Source: Macrostomum lignano (Eukaryota). From it: a stretch of DNA of 27,018 bases. The notes beneath the pieces were generated by a model, which saw only the letters and a program-made list of their open reading frames with translations, made no database searches and was not told the origin of the DNA. Positions 21,216 to 27,018 of the stretch are shown one piece after another; within the stretch, counting starts at the first letter, position 1, and each line of letters opens with the position of its first letter. The stretch lies in the NCBI GenBank assembly GCA_002269645.1, contig NIVC01005073.1:1-27018 (forward strand). Reading direction: 5' to 3'. Both the position numbers and the translations under genes were made by a program.

Positions 21216-21227
21216 GCTTGAACTCAC

Positions 21228-22316
21228 TGGCAGCTGGCTTGGCCGCGGGCTCGGTGCTCGCCCTGACGTGCTGCCTAGCGGCGCCGGACGCCGTCCCGTG
21301 CATCGCCGAGGCCGGCCGACCGGCCGACTTGGCCGGGGAGCCGACGGCAGCAGCGGTGGAGGCCGGCCGGCCAGTCGCGGTGGGCCGCTTTGCCAGACTG
21401 CCAGTTGCCGCCGCCGTCGAAGTCGGTGAAGGCTTCGGTTTGACGCCGGCCGGAGCCGCCGCGGACGAAGCTGGCCGGCCGGTTTTGCTGGCCGAAGCGG
21501 GCCTTGGTGATGCCTTGGCGGCCGACGCCGTCACGGTGGCCGCCGCAGAGCCGGGCTTTTTGCGCAGCTGCACCGGCTCGGCCGCCGGACCGGCTACGAG
21601 CTTGCCGTTCCTCTCCGCGGCGGCGGCGTCAGCTTTCGGCGACTTCTTCGCCCAGCGGTCGCCGCCAGTCGGCTGCTGGGATCGCGGAATCCCCGAGCTC
21701 TGCTTGGCGGGCGACTTAGCGGCTGAAGCCTTCGCGGCGGGAGGCGACTTTGCTGGCGACTTGCCGGCAGCTGCACCGGCGCTCTTGGTGGGCTGCTTGC
21801 CGGCCGAGGCAGCGGGAGGGGCGGATTCCGCAGCGGGAGGGCGGATTCCGCAGCGGGAGGGGCGGATTCCGCAGCGGGAGGGGCGGATTCCGCAGCGGGA
21901 GGGGCGGATTCCGCAGCGGGAGGAGTAGATTCCGCAACGGGAGGGGCGAATTCCGCAGCGGGAGGGGCGGATTCCGCAGCGGGAGGGGCGAATTCCGCAG
22001 CGGGAGGGGCGAATTCCGCAGCGGAAGGGGCGGATTCCGCAGCGGGTGGGGCGGATTCCGCAGCGACGGTAGCATTCAGTGTAGTGCCGACGTCTGGAGC
22101 CAGCGGAGCAGCCATGGGCGCCGCATTGTCGGCGTCGACATTCACCAGCAGGTCAAACGGGTCGCTAGATTGACCGGCCGACAGCGACTCGCCCGGGGCG
22201 GCGGCGACCTCGCCGCCCAGGAGATCCGCCACGCCGCCAGCTTGGTCGGCAGGTGCTTTGTTTGACGCGGCGCCCAGGCCTAGCAGATCGCCCTGCTGCG
22301 GTGCTTCTTCCGTCAT
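21228..22316 (-). CDS. tau: Tau/MAP2-like gene, exon 1 (acidic N-terminus and Pro/Ser/Lys-rich domain; apparent frameshift at 21839-21841)
   Basis: ORF 22316 MTEEAPQQ... joins ORF 21573 if one base is added to the G3 run that is G4 in neighbouring repeat units; donor A|GTGAGT at 21227. Acidic then basic/Pro-rich order before the repeats is the tau architecture. Confidence 0.75.
21809..22062 (-). repeat. Coding 21-nt tandem repeat, (ESAPPAA) x12
   Basis: Read from the translation; variants EFAPPAA and ESTPPAA. Confidence 0.92.
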
Positions 22317-22722
22317 TGCTTGTTTGTCTCTGTCGGATTCAATTAATAGCTATTAACTTGGAACTGTGGAAGTTGGTGTTTGCGAGCACCGACTCAAGCA
22401 AGCACCGGTTTGCTCGATTGGCCACTTTTTTGCCTTGCTCCAGATTTTTATTAGTGAAAGAGTTTACAGCCCACACAGTGGAGACCAAAGGCACCTGTTG
22501 CTATCTTCTGTTTGCATGTTAGCGCGCCACCCCCCCCCCCCCCGCGAGCAGGGGTGGCCTCTCGGGGTCAACCAGCGTGTCTGACTCTCTCCGCCCAGCT
22601 CACTCAACTCTTCTCGCGTATCTTCTCCACCTCTCACTGACTCTGGCTGCTCTAATTAAATAGGAGCATTTTTTCTGTGTGACACACACTCGAGAGTCAA
22701 AGTGACTAGCCCTATCTGTCTT

Positions 22723-22935
<213 letters not shown>

Positions 22936-23749
22936 TCCTCCACTGTCCTTGTCCTCGCATCATTCTGTCTGTCACTAAACATTGTTCATATTATCCTGTT
23001 CTCCTCTCTCCTGGATCCCGTTGCGGAGTCGGGCAGCTGTGTTGGAGGCAGCGGATTTCCCGAGCCAGCCCTGCCAGGCCAGATGCCGACACAGAATATC
23101 CCACAGAAAATCCCAATCCCTTGAACACGAGGATTCCCTCAGAGATTCCCTCAGCCATCAGAGGTGCATGAAATTGGAAGAAAAGCTTGAATCTCGGTGG
23201 AATAGCTGCTGGCTATTAACCCCAGCATGGCTAATCGACTTCATCCTGTGTTATCAAATCAAGCAATAAGATCGAGTTCCAGCATCTGCATGGCTGCGTG
23301 GCACAATTCAATGTAGCTATTTTAAAAAACTCCCCACTGGTTGTAAAGCAATTTTGTTGCAGAAATTCGCAAAGAAGAGTGGAAGAAGCCGAAGGTTGTT
23401 GCAGCCTGTTGCTTTACGGGTCCTTATCTCGACCTATTTTAATGCCAAACCCTCAGCATGCGCTAAAGATTCCAGCCGTAACCTGGACCAAACAGTGCTC
23501 TGAAAGCTACGGAAGAGGGGGGCATGTCACAAATGCTTGGCTGGGAGAGTTGACGGGAGAACTGTTCGCATAGAAATGTTACTGCTTGAGACTGTGCTTT
23601 TTCTGCTTTTTTATCGTTCGGCATAACGTTATATAATTGTAGATACTGTAAGTGCATTGTCGAGTGTTGCAGGGAATTTACAAAATTGACAGGCGCCATT
23701 GGTAAACCATGTTGTGAATAGTAAGCTTTAACCTGAGTCTGTGAGGAGC

Positions 23750-24698
23750 GAGACAAGAGAGTTGAGTGAGTGACGAGAGAGAGGGAGAGAGACCAGGGAG
23801 TTGAGTGAGTGAGGAGAGAGAGGGAGAGAGAGACCAGGGAGTTGAGTGAGTGAGGAGAGAGAGGGAGAGAGAGACCAGGGAGTTGAGTCAGTGAGGAGAG
23901 AGAGGGAGAGAGACCAGGGAGTTGAGTGAGTGAGGAGAGAGAGAGAGAGACCAGGGAGTTGAGTGAGTGAGGAGAGAGAGGGAGAGAGAGACCAGGGAGT
24001 TGAGTGAGTGAGGAGAGAGAGGGAGAGAGAGACCAGGGAGTTGAGTGAGTGAGGAGAGAGAGGGAGAGAGAGATCAGGGAGTTGAGTGAGTGAGGAGAGA
24101 GAGAGAGAGAGAGAGAGACCAGGGAGTTGAGTGAGTGAGGAGAGAGAGAGAGAGACCAGGGAGTTGAGTGAGTGAGGAGAGAGAGGGAGAGAGAGACCAG
24201 GGAGTTGAGTGAGTGAGGAGAGAGAGGGAGAGAGAGATCAGGGAGTTGAGTGAGTGAGGAGAGAGAGGGAGAGAGAGACCAGGGAGTTGAGTGAGTGAGG
24301 AGAGAGAGGGAGAGAGAGATCAGGGAGTTGAGTGAGTGAGGAGAGAGAGGGAGAGAGACCAGGGAGTTGAGTGAGTGAGGAGAGAGAGAGAGAGAGACCA
24401 GGGAGTTGAGTGAGTGAGGAGAGAGAGGGAGAGAGAGACCAGGGAGTTGAGTGAGTGAGGAGAGAGAGGGAGAGAGACCAGGGAGTTGAGTGAGTGAGGA
24501 GAGAGAGAGAGAGAGACGCAGGGAGTTGAGTGAGTGAGGAGAGAGAGGGAGAGAGAGACCAGGGAGTTGAGTGAGTGAGGAGAGAGAGGGAGAGAGACCA
24601 GGGAGTTGAGTGAGTGACGAGAGAGAGGGACAGAGAGAGACCAGGGAGTTGAGTGAGTGAGGAGAGAGAGGAGAGAGAGACCAGGGAGTTGAGTGAGT

Positions 24699-24737
<39 letters not shown>

Positions 24738-24753
24738 AGGGAGTTGAGTGAGT

Positions 24754-24808
<55 letters not shown>

Positions 24809-25101
24809 AGGGAGTTGAGTGAGTGAGGAGAGAGAGAGAGAGAGAGACCAGGGAGTTGAGTGAGTGAGGAGAGAGAGAGAGAGACCAGGGAGTTGAGTGA
24901 GTGAGGAGAGAGAGAGATAGAGAGACCAGGGAGTTGAGTGAGTGAGGAGAGAGAGAGAGACCAGGGAGTTGAGTGAGTGAGGAGAGAGAGGGAGAGAGAG
25001 ATCAGGGAGTTGAGTGAGTGAGGAGAGAGAGAGAGAGAGAGAGAGACCAGGGAGTTGAGTGAGTGAGGAGAGAGAGAGAGAGACCAGGGAGTTGAGTGAG
25101 T

Positions 25102-25132
<31 letters not shown>

Positions 25133-25159
25133 CCAGGGAGTTGAGTGAGTGAGGAGAGA

Positions 25160-25199
<40 letters not shown>

Positions 25200-25272
25200 A
25201 GGGAGTTGAGTGAGTGAGGAGAGAGAGGGAGAGAGAGAGAGAGAGAGAGAGAGACCAGGGAGTTGAGTGAGT

Positions 25273-25313
<41 letters not shown>

Positions 25314-25565
25314 AGGGAGTTGAGTGAGTGACGAGAGAGAGAGAGAGACCAGGGAGTTGAGTGAGTGAGGAGAGAGAGAGATAGAGAGACCAGGGAGTTG
25401 AGTGAGTGAGGAGAGAGAGAGAGAGACCAGGGAGTTGAGTGAGTGAGGAGAGAGAGGGAGAGAGAGATCAGGGAGTTGAGTGAGTGAGGAGAGAGAGAGA
25501 GAGAGAGAGACCAGGGAGTTGAGTGAGTGAGGAGAGAGAGAGAGAGACCAGGGAGTTGAGTGAGT

Positions 25566-25596
<31 letters not shown>

Positions 25597-25623
25597 CCAG
25601 GGAGTTGAGTGAGTGAGGAGAGA

Positions 25624-25669
<46 letters not shown>

Positions 25670-25877
25670 AGGGAGTTGAGTGAGTGAGGAGAGAGAGGGA
25701 GAGAGAGAGAGAGAGAGAGAGACCAGGGAGTTGAGTGAGTGACGAGAGAGAGAGAGAGAGAGAGAGAGACCAGGGAGTTGAGTGAGTGACGAGAGAGAGA
25801 GAGAGACCAGGGAGTTGAGTGAGTGAGGAGAGAGAGGGAGAGAGAGACCAGAGAGTTGAGTGAGTGAGGAGAGAGAC
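23750..25877. repeat. Composite satellite: constant CCAGGGAGTTGAGTGAGTGAGG plus variable (AG)n
   Basis: About 2.1 kb, roughly 50 units of variable length. Confidence 0.97.
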
Positions 25878-26847
25878 GGGAATAGATATAGCAAATGAGA
25901 TTAGAGAATTGAAACAATGTTGCACACACTAAAATGTGCTCAATTATTCAAGTTAACGGGCACATAGCTTACCAATAGAAACCGCAGGTAATAAAAATCG
26001 TGAAGTTCGAGGAGACGAGGAGGCAAGTCAATAGATATTTAGAATGCTGGCAGCATTGGAAAGTATGTAATCAAGTCCTGGGTACGCTCAGGCCAACAAT
26101 ATAAAAAGCGAGTGTGGTGCATGGGGATTGGAATCTCGTGATATCCCTAGCCCTCCCTCCCAGATCCCGCTGCCACAGCGATTCATCTCTTCTCCTCCCA
26201 TTCCTCCTTACCTCGCTGCCCACAGGCAAAAAAACGCGTTGCCTGTACGTGAATTCAGGGGTAGAGAAGGCAGAGGGGATGAAATCAATAAAACTAATGC
26301 TCCCCAGTGGGCCACTGCGAGCTGAGGCACATCTCTTGGGCGAGGGAGAAGAGTAGATGGGGCAGCGGGGTAGGAGCTACATTTGAACTCAACGCTCTGC
26401 GTGGACACTGTTCCCCTTTGGCCAGTACAAAGCCTACTTGTACTTGAAGCTCGTATTATGAAAGGTTGTCCGCCTCAGGCCAACTCAAATACACATTTTC
26501 CCACTAGTCGTAAGCAGGGGGACGAGATGCTTGAGTTCCTCTGAGTACATTGAGTAAGAGCTCACTCACTATAGGGATGACCCAGCCACTCAGACCTGCA
26601 TCAGTTTCTCCATCCTGAAGCTTATCCTATCTGGTCCAGTGTTAGCATTTTCTGAGCAAGCCTTAATGCAAACCGAAGCCAGTCTGCTGGGGAAGGGGAT
26701 ATTTGTTGGCAAATTCTGGAATCGCTAGAGGGGAACAATGATTATTGGGCTTCTGTTTTGACAGCTCTGCTGCAGTGATTTTCAGATAATAAGATGAGGA
26801 CGAGCACAGTGGGTGAGTGCCCATTAATTAGCTCAAGCTCCCACTGA

Positions 26848-27018
26848 CTCTTAGCCCAAGCTCCGACTGACACTTAGCCCAAGCTCCGACTCTTAGCCCA
26901 AGCTCCGACTGACTCTTAGCCCAAGCTCCGACTCTTAGCCCAAGCTCCGACTGACCCTTAGCCCAAGCTCCGACTGACACTTAGCCCAAGCTCCGACTGA
27001 CTCTTAGCCCAAGCTCCG
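26848..27018. repeat. 19/23-bp minisatellite (CTTAGCCCAAGCTCCGA(CTGA)CT)n, runs off the window
   Basis: Alternating long and short units to the end of the sequence. Confidence 0.95.

Noticed and set aside
23750-25877. Repeat-spacer pattern resembling CRISPR
   Set aside because: The spacers are only (AG)n of variable length.
24320-25929. 524-aa Ser/Leu ORF
   Set aside because: Translation of the (CT)n-rich strand of a satellite.
26212-26242. Possible 31-nt minus-strand exon (TACAG|...|GTAAGG)
   Set aside because: Good splice signals but no identifiable peptide or partner exon; cannot be assigned.
26564-26576. ACTCACTATAGGG, matching the T7 promoter core
   Set aside because: The upstream TAATACG is missing and no vector sequence flanks it; treated as coincidence.

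Overview
Eukaryotic (animal) genomic DNA: GC-rich spliced exons, AT-rich spacers, many satellites. The style suggests a free-living flatworm such as Macrostomum; this is inference only. Three spliced genes can be rebuilt by hand. (1) First coding exon of an MFSD8/CLN7-like MFS transporter (minus, 1445-823). (2) A complete 3-exon SERBP1/HABP4-like RGG RNA-binding protein (plus, 5641-10220, about 670 aa). (3) A complete 9-exon tau/MAP2-family microtubule-associated protein (minus, 22316-15407, about 567 aa), largely missed by the ORF track. It has six KXGS repeats, one per exon, two microexons (32 and 16 nt), a GC donor, an SxIP motif and N-terminal DLL/DPF motifs. Four single-base deletions at short base runs break these reading frames and most likely are assembly errors. 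Between the genes lie a MULE-like MITE with a perfect 9-bp TSD, a hAT-like MITE, three copies of a tRNA-derived CORE-like SINE, an RTE-type LINE fragment and more than ten different tandem arrays. Every tau-like intron over 500 nt holds its own satellite, and one array is a chain of 21-22 nt GT...AG units. No prokaryotic system or CRISPR array is present.
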